A stretch of DNA of 63,497 bases, counting the filler, from Reticulomyxa filosa (lineage: Eukaryota > Protista > Foraminifera), in assembly GCA_000512085.1 (NCBI GenBank). It is 22 parts of 22 records of this genome, joined end to end, with 100 filler letters (N's around TTAATTAATTAA, not from the genome) between each part and the next. Parts side by side here need not be neighbours in the genome. Positions count along the whole stretch, not along the records: positions 50,868 to 55,514 come from ASPP01039864.1; positions 55,615 to 57,562 come from ASPP01034482.1; positions 57,663 to 62,272 come from ASPP01019834.1; positions 62,373 to 63,497 come from ASPP01035369.1; 18 more parts are not named here. One strand, written 5' to 3'. Below the pieces are notes generated by a model, which worked only from the letters and a program-made list of their open reading frames with translations, was not told the DNA's origin and ran no database searches. Shown here piece after piece: positions 52,050 to 63,497 of this stretch (position 1 is its first letter; every line of letters begins with the position of its first letter). The position numbers and the translations under genes are program-made.

Positions 52050-53150
52050 ATTGTTGGCCAGCGCAGGACATGCCATAAACTTTTTTTTTTTTATTAGCCC
52101 TTTGCCTGACTATACCAAAGGATCGGAGAACCCTCCGGTGTTGCACAGCAGCCGCTACAATTCATTTATCATATTGTAAAATTTTGTGATTATTACACGC
52201 TGTTTGAAATTGCAGATAGAACATTTCTACACAATGCCAACGCACAAAACAAATAGACTTTGCCAAATATTTTGTTGCCATTGGGGGACAGTATATCGAA
52301 GGCCAATATCCACTTGCAGTGAAAACGATATGATTATATCTAGTACTTGTTAAAGATGTCACCTCATTTAATTCATAAACCAGCACAAAAAAGTCTTGCA
52401 ATCAGGAATTTCAACCTGTCAAAAAAAAAAGAATTTTTTTTATATAAGTATAAAACGTTTTTGTTTGTACGAGAACAATAATAAAAAGATAAACTTGAAA
52501 TCAAACTTCTTGGTACCTAAATCTTCGAATCATTGAGCTTTTTTTATCGCCTTGTGACTGTTACTCGAACAACCGACTAGCTCCTCAAATACCGCCATCA
52601 TATACGTACAATTACTTGTTTGCAACGGGACAGCCTTATTCTTCGGCTCTTCTGTCTTGGCCTGACTTCCATGGCATCAACAGACAAATCATTACAACTG
52701 GATCTTTGTTAATACCAATCTTTGCTTTGCAGTGTCTAGCTTGCGCGTTGCAGATTGCCTCGCTATCGCTGGAAAACGTAATCACACTGTTCGTTGAATC
52801 GGATAACAATGTCACTGCGATGGACACACTTGGGCGGAATGTTTCGATTTTTTATCAAATCTCATTTTCAACAATATTGAGTTTCATCGCGATTATGCTC
52901 GCGCGTTGTTATACGGTCACAAAAACTATAATGTGCTTCATTCTTTAATTATTAGTGTCTTAAGTAATGTTCACCATTTGTATGACGTTCTCAACATCCG
53001 AAGATGTATCAAAGAACTAACTTTCAAAAATTTCTTCATTTTGAACTTATGAACTTCCAACACATTGATATCCTTTGTTGTAAGTGAGAAATTCTCAAAA
53101 TTTCTTCAACACGTCATATCTGGCATTACTCAAAGGGTGCTACCCCTATA
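52050..53150 (-). pseudogene. Degraded gene, possibly an SF2 helicase C-terminal (Dicer/RIG-I-like) region
   Basis: HIIVFV (motif IV-like) and DIVIRFNE...QR*RG (motif V/VI-like) across frameshifts; weak. Confidence 0.25.
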
Positions 53151-55004
53151 TCAAACAAAATAAGTGAACGAAAACTTCGATTTTTCTATAATAAGTTCAA
53201 AAAATTTTATGCTGCTCAATTAAAAAAAAATTGTAAAATTTATTTATTTTACTTTGATTTGTATTTATTCACTGTTTTTGATTGTTTTATTATTTTTTTC
53301 GACAGTGTTCTCACAGCGGCGTAAAATGACCGAAAAACATGTGTTGACTGTGAGAGAGCGATTTGTGGACAGAGCTAGAGGTTGACAAAATTAAGCATGA
53401 CCTCGCTGTATGCCTCATTTGTCTTGTTGACTTCCTTGATTTTTGTCGTGACCAAGTATTTGTTTACGTCCGATGCCGGTTCGAACATATCCGGCTTCAA
53501 AGAAAAAAATTTTGTTGATATTTGAATTTTTCGCAAATTTATCCAACAAAATCAAGACTTTGAGCGAAAGCAAATTTTTTTCAGATAAAGTTAAAAATTG
53601 AATATATACAAAGCATTTTCACCTAGAAACGCTCTTATATTGCGTTTCCGTCTTTTTTCCTGTCTTGCGCACACCCTTTGGCTTCTACTTTTACTTTATG
53701 ATTTTCTTCAAAAAAAACCAATTTAAAAGTTTTATGAATTCAAATACAAAAATGGATATCCATTTAAGCAAATGTTGAATGATATTCGACAAGAAATTCG
53801 AAAAAGTAAAAATGGTGAATGGTATTGTGTTGAAACACAAGACACTACTTCATATGACGTGGTTTTTATTGCCAGAAAAACATCATAATCTTTTTTTTTT
53901 TCGTGTAGGATGCCATTCTTTGAAGCACGTTTATATTAGTCAGAATAAATAAGGAAAAACAGTAGGTGTTTTCTCGAATTAAATCAAAGTTGATTCTAAA
54001 AGAAAACAAGGAGTTTTTTTTGAAAAAGTAAATGCTTCAATTGTTATTTTTGAGTGTGGCAAGAATAACAATTCCTTTGGTCTCTAATCCTTTCCACTTT
54101 ATTCGCAATGATGATTTTAAATAGTTCAATATTTTTATTTTACCTGTGCAACATTCACCTTTTTCTTTTTTCGACCCGTTTTCTTATCTATTTGAGAATC
54201 TTGATACTTTTTTTCCAGCAGATCGGGCTTTTTGCAATTCAAATGTCTTTTTCAGGTGATGCAAGAACACCATACAAGTGTTATATTAATATAATCGTTT
54301 TTTCAAGGCGTAAACACTTGTGAATAAGAGTAGTGAAAGATTGAAAAAGAATATAAAAAAATCTTAGCAATCAAAAATTCAAAATTACTACTACTCATTC
54401 ATTTTAGCATAGAAAACAAATTTAAGGCTAGCAAATTTATGATAGAGAAAATAATTGAAAAAATCTTCAGCCAATCGAAATTTCGATGAGCAAATCAGTT
54501 GTATATACAACATTACTATTATATTCGATTATAATCAACTGATAACATGATTTGTAAAAAACATCTTCAACATAATAACTCAAGTAAACACAACATGTAA
54601 TACAGAGCCACGTAAAACAGAAAGAAAAGAAATGTAACAAATAAAATATATTTCTAGTTATGTCGACGAATTTTTAGATTGCTTTTCTGCATCTTAATTT
54701 TACAAATAAGTCTATAAGTACAAAATATATGTAAATGCAAAGATATCTAAAAAAGACCAAAAGCAGAATGTCTAATGAGAGAAGAAAAGTTAAATATAAT
54801 GTAATGTATTGAGGAAAAATTTATTTCATTTAATTAGAAATAATTAAATCAGTCAAAAGATTATTTTGCTAGAAACTATCCTCAAATACGAATAGAACCA
54901 TTTAGTGAGCCATAACATAGATTAATGTATTAAATTATGTTATGTTTTTTCTTGTAAATATATTTTATTATTGTTATTATAATCTAGAATCATAATTTAA
55001 CATA

Positions 55005-55514
55005 GGCAGCTACAATCTTTATGCTTGATATATTTTGTTCATCATCCAAATTACTCAAGACTTTTACTGGACACACTAAATATGTGAATAGTATTGATCA
55101 TCTAACATTTGATAAAACAGTTCGTGCATTGAATATTGACAATAAACAAATTCAATTATTCAATAAACATTTAAAGCAAGTAATTTGTGTAAAATTTTCA
55201 CTATATAATTATCATTCTTCATCGTAATATCATTTGTCCTTTATCAAAAAATTACACCATCCGTTTTTGGGATTTCAAACAAAATCGACAATTGAAATTA
55301 TTAAATGGACATTCTAATTGCATTTGTGCGATTGAGTTTTCACCATCTAATGGTGGTAGATATTTGTGTTCTGGATCATTGGATAACACAATTTGCCTTT
55401 GAGATATTCGATCAAATAAGAATGAATTGCATATGATGAAATTAGATGAAGAAATGATATGTGTTAAATTTATACAGTATATTGCAAAAAAAACCGCCAT
55501 ACCTAAATGGCACT
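55005..55514 (+). pseudogene. WD40-repeat pseudogene
   Basis: SSKLLKTFTGHTKYVNSID, CVKFS.Y, TIRFWDFK..LNGHSN..IEFSPSNGGRYLCSGSLDNTICL*DI; deletions and stop. Confidence 0.85.
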
Positions 55515-55614
55515 NNNNNNNNNNNNNNNNNNNNNNNNNNNNNNNNNNNNNNNNNNNNTTAATTAATTAANNNNNNNNNNNNNNNNNNNNNNNNNNNNNN
55601 NNNNNNNNNNNNNN

Positions 55615-57321
55615 ATACCAAAGCAATTCACAAATATTATAAATACAATATGTAATGATGAAAACCTACCTCACAAACTATTAATAACAAAAATGGTAAG
55701 TATACCAAAAAAAACTATAGTATATAAATGTGAGGATATACGTGGTATACGTATAAAATCGTCGTTATTGTCAGTAATAGACAGATTGGTTCTCCGCAGA
55801 TTGTTTCCACTCCTAGATAACAACATACACAAGGAACAAAATGGATTCATGAAAAAAAGAGGAATTGAAGACAATATTATAATATTACGAACGATTCTAT
55901 ACAATAGAAAATACATAGAGAAAAAACATTATTACCTAACATTGTTGGATATCCATAAAGCATTCGATTCGGTATGGCACGGTGGAATTTTATATAAGTT
56001 AATAAAAATTGGAGTAAGAGGGAGACTGCTACGTATAATACATTCCATGATAACCCAAGGCCATCTAATGGTAACGTACGACGACATTATAATAATAACT
56101 TGATCGCCTAAGGATAACAATACCATATTACAAACAATACACAAATACTGCAACAAATGGAAACTGCAAATAAATAAGGATAAAAGTGTAATAGCATCGA
56201 ATAAGAAAAAAATAATCAATGAAACATCGATAAGAGATAATCCTTTACAAATACAAAATACAAATAATACTATCAAATACTTGGGAATTATATTTGATTC
56301 CATTACATTGTCGTGGAAAAAACATGTAGATGACCGAGTTGAAAAGGCAAATACGGCCATTTCACAAAGTCATCTAATTGGTGTCCTAGGTGGTGGACTG
56401 GACCATAGTACACAAATAAAATATTACAGATCAATCATAAGACCCGTAATTGAATTTGGGCTTAGAATAATGCTACTAGGGAACTCACATTTAAGAAAAT
56501 TAAATACAATGCAGCAACGGGCATTGACAATAATGTTTAAAGTGTATAGGACAACATATAGTCCAGCAATACGTATACTGTCCGGGATCCCATCTATCCA
56601 AGCGAAGAATCGGTACCTATTCATAACAAATTGGTTTAATATTTATAAGGGGGACAAACTAGTAAGTAGAATAATGAAAGAAGAATATCAATATGTATTA
56701 ACAAAGATTCATAGATATGCAAAAAATATAAAGGAAGGAAAAAAAGTACCTCCTGCAGTCAATATGGAAGCTTTCAAAATATTGGTAGACATCGATCTGC
56801 TGAATTATTGGTACTTTCCTCCAACCTATTTAACAGAAAAAGAATGGAAGGTTATGATAAAGAAAAAGATTTATAGAAAAGACTATGAGAACGACATAAG
56901 GGAACTTGAGAACAAGATTGACAACCAACCACTATTACAAGTATTAAAGGAATGTAATTCGGACATGGAACCGGGAATACCTTTAATAAATGAGATAAAA
57001 AAAAGGATAAAAGATGTTGATGATGAAGTGCTCAATAAAATAATAAAAGTTCTATCAGGGAATCCAAAATTCAGTTGGAAAAATGGCAAAGAAAATGGGA
57101 TAACAATTAGAAAATGGAAATCATGTATCTGGTGCAAAAAAGAATGGGAAAATCCAATTCAACATGTATTATACGATTGTGAAGTACATTTGAGTGTGAG
57201 AAATAAGATACGAGAGGAACAAAAGAAAGATCAAGAAAAGATAATACTAAATGGAATATTTAGTATTAACGGATTAGCAAAGTTCTGCAAAGAAGCATTT
57301 AAAGAAAATGCAATGATATAA
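55615..57321 (+). mobile_element. Non-LTR (LINE) retrotransposon ORF2 3' part: RT with deleted core plus CCHC zinc knuckle
   Basis: IRGI, EQNGFMKKRG, LLDIHKAFDSVWH, KYLGI, IIRPVIEFG, CIWC..HVLYDC. The two ORF-track pieces share one frame, separated by a TGA at 56101-56103. Confidence 0.88.
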
Positions 57322-59602
57322 CATGGAACTCTGTCAAACGTCAAATACCTGACATCAAAATTTTTTTTTTTCTTTTCTTATTTTTGAATACAAAACAGCA
57401 AATATAAAGTATATACTTTTTCTGCAGGAAAATTCTAATAAAATGCAGGGAAAACGATCGCATTCTCGTTTGATTCGATACAAAATAATTTGAAAGCGCC
57501 CTTTTGGAATTTGTATTCTGCATAAATAAAGTTTCATATAGCACAAAAACCCAGATTTAAAANNNNNNNNNNNNNNNNNNNNNNNNNNNNNNNNNNNNNN
57601 NNNNNNTTAATTAATTAANNNNNNNNNNNNNNNNNNNNNNNNNNNNNNNNNNNNNNNNNNNNCCACAAGTTCTGACGACTCATGGATCTTATTATTTCAT
57701 AATTGGATAATAAAAAACAAAAACAAAAAAATTAAAAAATATAACATGTCCTTACTCACACGATTATACTTTTTTCTTTTCATATATTGATGGAAAAGTC
57801 ACCTTTCAAAAAAAAAAGTACTAAAATCTTCTACTAAACAAAAGACATGAACTTGTCAAATTGGGCTATAAAATCTAGGCTACGATCTTACAACTGATAA
57901 TAACCTGACTACCCATTTTACAGGACAAGCAACAAAACCTGACACGAATGAACATCTTTGTTTGGCTAACTGTCTTACAAAGATTTGTTTTCATATTTAC
58001 TAAAATTTGCAACTCAACGTGTTGTTATTTGTGTATCAAAATTCAAGTGAATCTCATAAAATAAGTACATAGCTCTATTATCAATAACAATGATTTCATT
58101 ACAATAAAATGAACATACATTTTGACTTTATATTTTAAGGAATGATTAAAAATAATAAAAGGACTACACTTGTTTTTATAAACTTTTTAGAGATTAATTG
58201 TAGGTAATTTTTATTATATTCATAATTGCAGTCATTCTCTTATCAAAAAGGTACGACTCACAAGACTTAATTTGTTTCATATCTAATTTCTGTTTCAATA
58301 ATAATAATGTACTCAAGTAAAATTAGTGTTGAACGCATGCACATATCCAAAAAACTTTTGCTATTATATAATAATTTTGTGTATTAGTACTACTTTATTT
58401 ATTTTCAGTATATGCTAATAAATAGATATTTTTGATTTGAAAAATTATTTATCTAGTGGAACAGCAAAAGGAGTTTTCACAATAAAATACATGTTATCAT
58501 TATAAAAAACTTGATCAAATGTAGAATGAGATTTTATTGGACGCAGCTTGAGACGACAGCAGTTATATGTACATTCACAGGTGTGTATGCAAGGCATTGT
58601 ATAATTGTTTTCATTTACGTTAAAACTTTTGACAGAACGACCGTTGTGTGTCAATTGCATAATAATCAGTTCGTTTTCAGTATTTAGTAATTTTCTTCAA
58701 ACATTGATAAAGCAAGATCCAATTTAAAAACATATAAAAATCCGAGAACAACATTTTGTGGCAATATCAAGTAATTGAGTAATTTAATTTCATATTTAAG
58801 AGATCTTTTTATAAAAAAGAGCTAATATGTATGAGATTGCTTTTGAACTGTCTCAATGACAATGAAAAAATCAATATATCGTTTATATGAAAGATATACT
58901 ATGTATATATTAGTTGAACGCAAAAATATTCGAAATAATAATAACATATAAAATGTTATTACAAAGATTTTTGTATTTTTTGATGCATTAATTTTGTTAC
59001 AATCATATAATTTTTAAATCAAGACATATTAATATAGCATTGTCATTCTTCTACTTTTCTTATATTGTTTTTAAATTGATATAAATAAGAACAATGTATA
59101 ATCAGAATTAACGTTTAAACATTGCATTTGGTCATACTGCATCAAGTAAAATGAAAAAAAGTTGAAAACTATATTTTTTCATTGATTTAGATATTCAAAG
59201 TTACGTATAATTTTTTTTAAACATATGTTTATAATTTGTTTTTAAATATTTATAAAAACTGTAAGTGCTTTCATACATTGATGTGGTATCTTATATGTAT
59301 ATATACTTGTAGTGTACTTCTTTTGAAAACTAGATACTAAATTTAAATATTTCAATATTAGTATTTTTCAACAAAAATGAATTAACTTTTGTTGGCATTT
59401 ATAAAAACATTTTTATTTAAAAAAATTAATGTCAATTACAAATTGCTTAAAAGAAAATCTTTTTACATTTGTAAAAAAATCAAAATTAATTTTAATATTA
59501 GCATTTTTACAATGCAATCTTCAATAACACAACACTTCAAAGCAATATTATGATCTAAACAATAAAATAAATAAACGAGAAATGAATTTGAAAAAACAAT
59601 AA

Positions 59603-61467
59603 TTAAGGGTTGTCTCGTGGAGAAAAGGAAGTCTTTTTTTTAAAGTCTTGAATTTGTTGTTTCAACAAACGATTGGTGAATATGATTGTTGTTGTCATTG
59701 CCTCATTGGTAACAGGTGATAATACAATTTCACAATGCTGATTGTTTAAAAACCAGTTTTCAATACTTTCTCGATCATAGGTAATACCGTCACTTGCAAT
59801 GACAGGATCGTTCATGACTTTTTTTGATAGTGGACAATAAAATATTTTGGCATAACTTGGGGCGCAACTAACACTCCAATGTTAGTCTTTACCAGTTGTT
59901 TGTCCTTAAAGTTGCGAAGTTTCAGTAAGTTTAAGCTGTCTGTTTGATGCAACAATTTAACCAAATCCTCACCTTTTTTAATCAGCAAATCATTTTTTAA
60001 TTGTAATGCCATTTCTTCTATTTTTTGATTTCCAACTGACTGATTACTGCTAAGTACACGATGGCATACCCATATCGCAATATCATTAACATCCCATTCT
60101 TTCCAATTTTCTTCAAATCTATATCAGATCCAAAAGACAAAACAAATAATTAAAACTTTATCTAATAAATTTTGCTTGCAAAAAAAATTTGCTTAACTTT
60201 TTCCAGCGTTGATTTAATATATCTTCTAATGCATGAACGGAATGTGACATGCTGTCAGAAGTATTATAAATAAATAAAAAATAAAAACCCAGTTCAAAAT
60301 AAATTTAAAAACAAAGAAAGGAAAGGTTTTTTCAAGATAAACTTTTTTTCTATCGTCATCAACGTTTCAAAGTATTTATCCATATATTCCTTCATATTTA
60401 CTGATAGATTCAACTGATCAGTTATAGTGGTTAAATAGATTTGATTGTCATGCAATTGAGTTCTCAGTTGTGTTTCTTTTGCTTTGACATCGGTCAAAAG
60501 ATTTGTTAGTTCCATTATCTGCTTTTCAATCTGATCTCTTTTTATCGACACTGCGTTTGCTTCGTTTTGTAATGTGGTGTATTCTCTCGTTTTTACTTCA
60601 GTTTCTTTAAACAGTTGATTTGTTATCTAAGATGATGTGAATACAAAACTTAAAGAATAAATAATATCAGCATTTTTTTAAATGCATTACAAAAATAACT
60701 TTATGCAACAACTGTTGATTTTTGAACATTGTTGGAACAATTTCTTGACTGATCCCCTCTAACGTTTCGGATTGAATATCCACCATTTCATTTATTTGAT
60801 TTTGTGTATCGACAATGTCCTGTTTGCCTTGCCCAATGCACTCAGGATTTTTGTCAGTACATTTGCACAATAATTGTTTAAATTGTTCTGAGCGCTCCAA
60901 AATGTTGTTCCAATCAGTAACTTTGTTGGAAATGCAATTAATGGAATGATTTAGCCGATCAATCAAAGGTTGATCTAAAGGTATATTCACAACGTCTTGA
61001 CTTTGAACGTTGGCACTGTTACAACAGAAGCTGGTGTTAAGAAGTGCAACCGTTTCAGTATTTTGTAAAAGCACTTTGGGATTGTTGTCTGCCACTTCTA
61101 AATTGTTTCCACTGTCCAAGCGGCCAGTATTTATTGTTTGTGACACCAGATTATTGTGGCCATGATCCTTTTGAATAGGAGTAATTTGACTAGTGCTTGT
61201 TATTGGAACTGTTGTTAACGCGGTAGTAGCACAAGAGATAGAAAGTGTCTGTGGCCAAGCAGTTTGACCGCGGTCAGGTCCACAACCAACAGCACTTCCA
61301 ATATTATCGCCATCACTTGTCAATAAACTTGTATATTTTCGTTGTACATTTAGCAAGCTTTGCGTAGAGTCAACTTTCAGCGTTGACAGTACATTATCCT
61401 TCTCACTCACTCGCAACTGAAGAGCAGAGGTGCTATATGCCTCCGGTCTTGCAAAAGTGTAAGACAT
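59603..61467 (-). CDS. Coiled-coil + SAM-like + U-box protein (E3 ligase), multi-exon; 5' end uncertain
   Basis: U-box (Y)CPLSKKVMNDPVIASDGITYDRESIENW..SPVTNE..NRLLKQQI; WKEWDVNDIAIWV SAM-like start; 1-nt shift in a T-run at about 59840. Confidence 0.75.
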
Positions 61468-63497
61468 AACTACAGTTTTCTGTAAATTTGTCTAGTTGTC
61501 CATTCTTCAAACACTGAAAAATTGACGTCAGATTTAAACTTATTCGACAGGAATAACATAGGTTTTCGTTTGAAAACCCACCAAATGGAAAGAATTTTTT
61601 GTGTGTATCCCCTTAATGGTCATTCCAATAACTACAAAATAATAAAAGAAGAACAAATTGTTTAACATATTAAAAAAACTGTTTTGTTTGCTTGTTATAA
61701 TTTTAACTGAGTGAATAAAAATGTGCGGATCGTCAACACCGACAATAAAAAAAAAAAGACAAATCAAACACATACAATTACAGGCCATATATAAAAAAAA
61801 AAATTTGCACATTGTAGCACCGAAACAAAACACTATAGCAATGCGCAACAAAATGTTGTTCCTTTTGTCTTTTCATGAGTTTCCATTTCAACTGAAGAAA
61901 CCGAATTGAAAAATACACACCAAAAAAAAAAAAAAAGCCATTTATTTATAAAGCATAATGTCCAGCGTGAAAAAAAAACAACAGATAGCTTAAACAGCGA
62001 GAAACACATAACTGTAAACATTGTCTTGGACATTGGCTTGATGTTGTTTTGAGGCAATTGATTGTGGTTGAGTTGGAGGGGAAGATTCCATTTGTTGTGG
62101 TTGAATTTTTTTTCTGGGATCTTCATACTCCATCAAACTCCAAGCAGCGATTTCATCAAAGATGATCTTTATACTCCTTTGTGCTGTCAACATTTGCACC
62201 CAATCAAAATCTTATCTTTTCACATTTGCTGTCTAAGCAAAAGCCAAAAACACTAAAAAAAAAAAAAAAAAANNNNNNNNNNNNNNNNNNNNNNNNNNNN
62301 NNNNNNNNNNNNNNNNTTAATTAATTAANNNNNNNNNNNNNNNNNNNNNNNNNNNNNNNNNNNNNNNNNNNNTTATTATATAATATGCAATTTTTAAATA
62401 TTCATGTTTATGTTAAAACAATAACAAAAAAGAAAGAACAGTCTTGAGTCATTTAATATTTTTTCCTTTCATTTCAATATCACTATCATTTATACGCTTT
62501 TTCCAACTCTTTCTTTTCCATAGATACTCGCCGTGTTGTACGTGTCAGAGATTACCAACTGATTTATTATATTCTTTCAAAGGCAATGTGCGCTTTGAAG
62601 TCCTTGAAAACAAAAAATATGATACGTTTCTGGACTTGTAGTTTTAAGATATGAAAAAGAGGACGTTGCGTCGAAACAGATCAAATTTATCTTATAAAAC
62701 TTGTAGTTTTTTTTTGGATGGAGAAAGAAAATCTGTCAAGGATTTTTTTTGTAAGGATAAAATTTGGTTCGTGATTTTGTATGAACTTCTATATGCTTGC
62801 TTTTTTTTTTGGTTTGTTTTCAAAAACAGATATATACTAACAAGTTAAAAAAAAAGTATTAAAATACTTAATATGAAATTCTTATTTTTTTGAAAAAGCT
62901 TTGTTTTTAATGAACCTTTTTTTTTATGCAAAAGTAGGAGATTTCTCGTTAAAAAACAAATTCAAATTTACAAAAGTCAATAATTATTACTGTTTGTTCT
63001 TCTTTTCAATCTGCTTGCATTTGCAAGAGGGAATTAGAAAATTATCACACTGAACTTAAAATTCATTAACTACTTTTTATAAATCAAATTTATTCAAGTG
63101 ATGTAAAAGTATATTGTAAAATATTATATCTGGAAGAATATATTTGTTTGCACAATTTCAATAATTCAATTGATTAAATTACAACAGGATGTAGATTTAA
63201 GATATTTGAAAGTTCATTTAATATTGTGCATAATTCACATTTTGCTTATTATGTCATTGTGGAAACAAAACAACATAGAAAAGTATAGACATTTAAATAT
63301 TTGTTCATAGTCGATAATTTTTAATATTCTCAAAACAAATTACTGTCTTCATTAGTTAACTGATTTGCTCTTTATTTGGCGCACAACAAAAGATAAGCTC
63401 ATTTGTGTTTGTGTAAAAAAAAGGAAAACACTCCCAATCATTCAATGAAATAACATATTTACTTAAATTAAATAAATTGAATGTACTGTGTTAAATG

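Noticed and set aside
8710-62372. Regularly recurring TTAATTAATTAA palindrome flanked by Ns, superficially a repeat array
   Set aside because: Artificial contig linker. It also means neighbourhood across spacers has no biological meaning, and ORFs ending in X..LIN are artefacts.

Overview
This is not a contiguous locus. It is 22 small contigs joined by an artificial 100-nt spacer (N44-TTAATTAATTAA-N44, stops in all six frames). Twenty-one contigs are AT-rich, intron-containing eukaryotic DNA. Their WD40 and CAP-Gly repeat style and many pseudogenes resemble the foraminiferan Reticulomyxa filosa (Rhizaria); this is inference. One contig (23114-24283) is GC-rich bacterial DNA with a split metH. 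Recognisable host genes: small Tim (Tim13-like), a PMP/beta-helix repeat protein, a polyQ C2H2 zinc-finger protein, a NIPA-like transporter, a CAP/SCP protein, CD36/LIMP-2, an AlkD-like glycosylase, mitochondrial G3P dehydrogenase, mitochondrial HslV, a divergent mitochondrial carrier and a SAM+U-box protein. Mobile DNA: two dead LINE RTs, a degenerate Tc1/mariner family seen in about six places, and a 209-bp solo LTR with a 4-bp TSD nested in one Tc1 copy. The most striking system is contig 1. It has a head-to-head pair of spliced paralogues encoding SAM-like header + P-loop NTPase + PD-(D/E)xK nuclease, the Crinkler/RHS-type (CR) effector architecture. One copy is broken but keeps the nuclease motif, the other is intact but lacks the catalytic Lys, and a third SAM-headed gene starts right after them.
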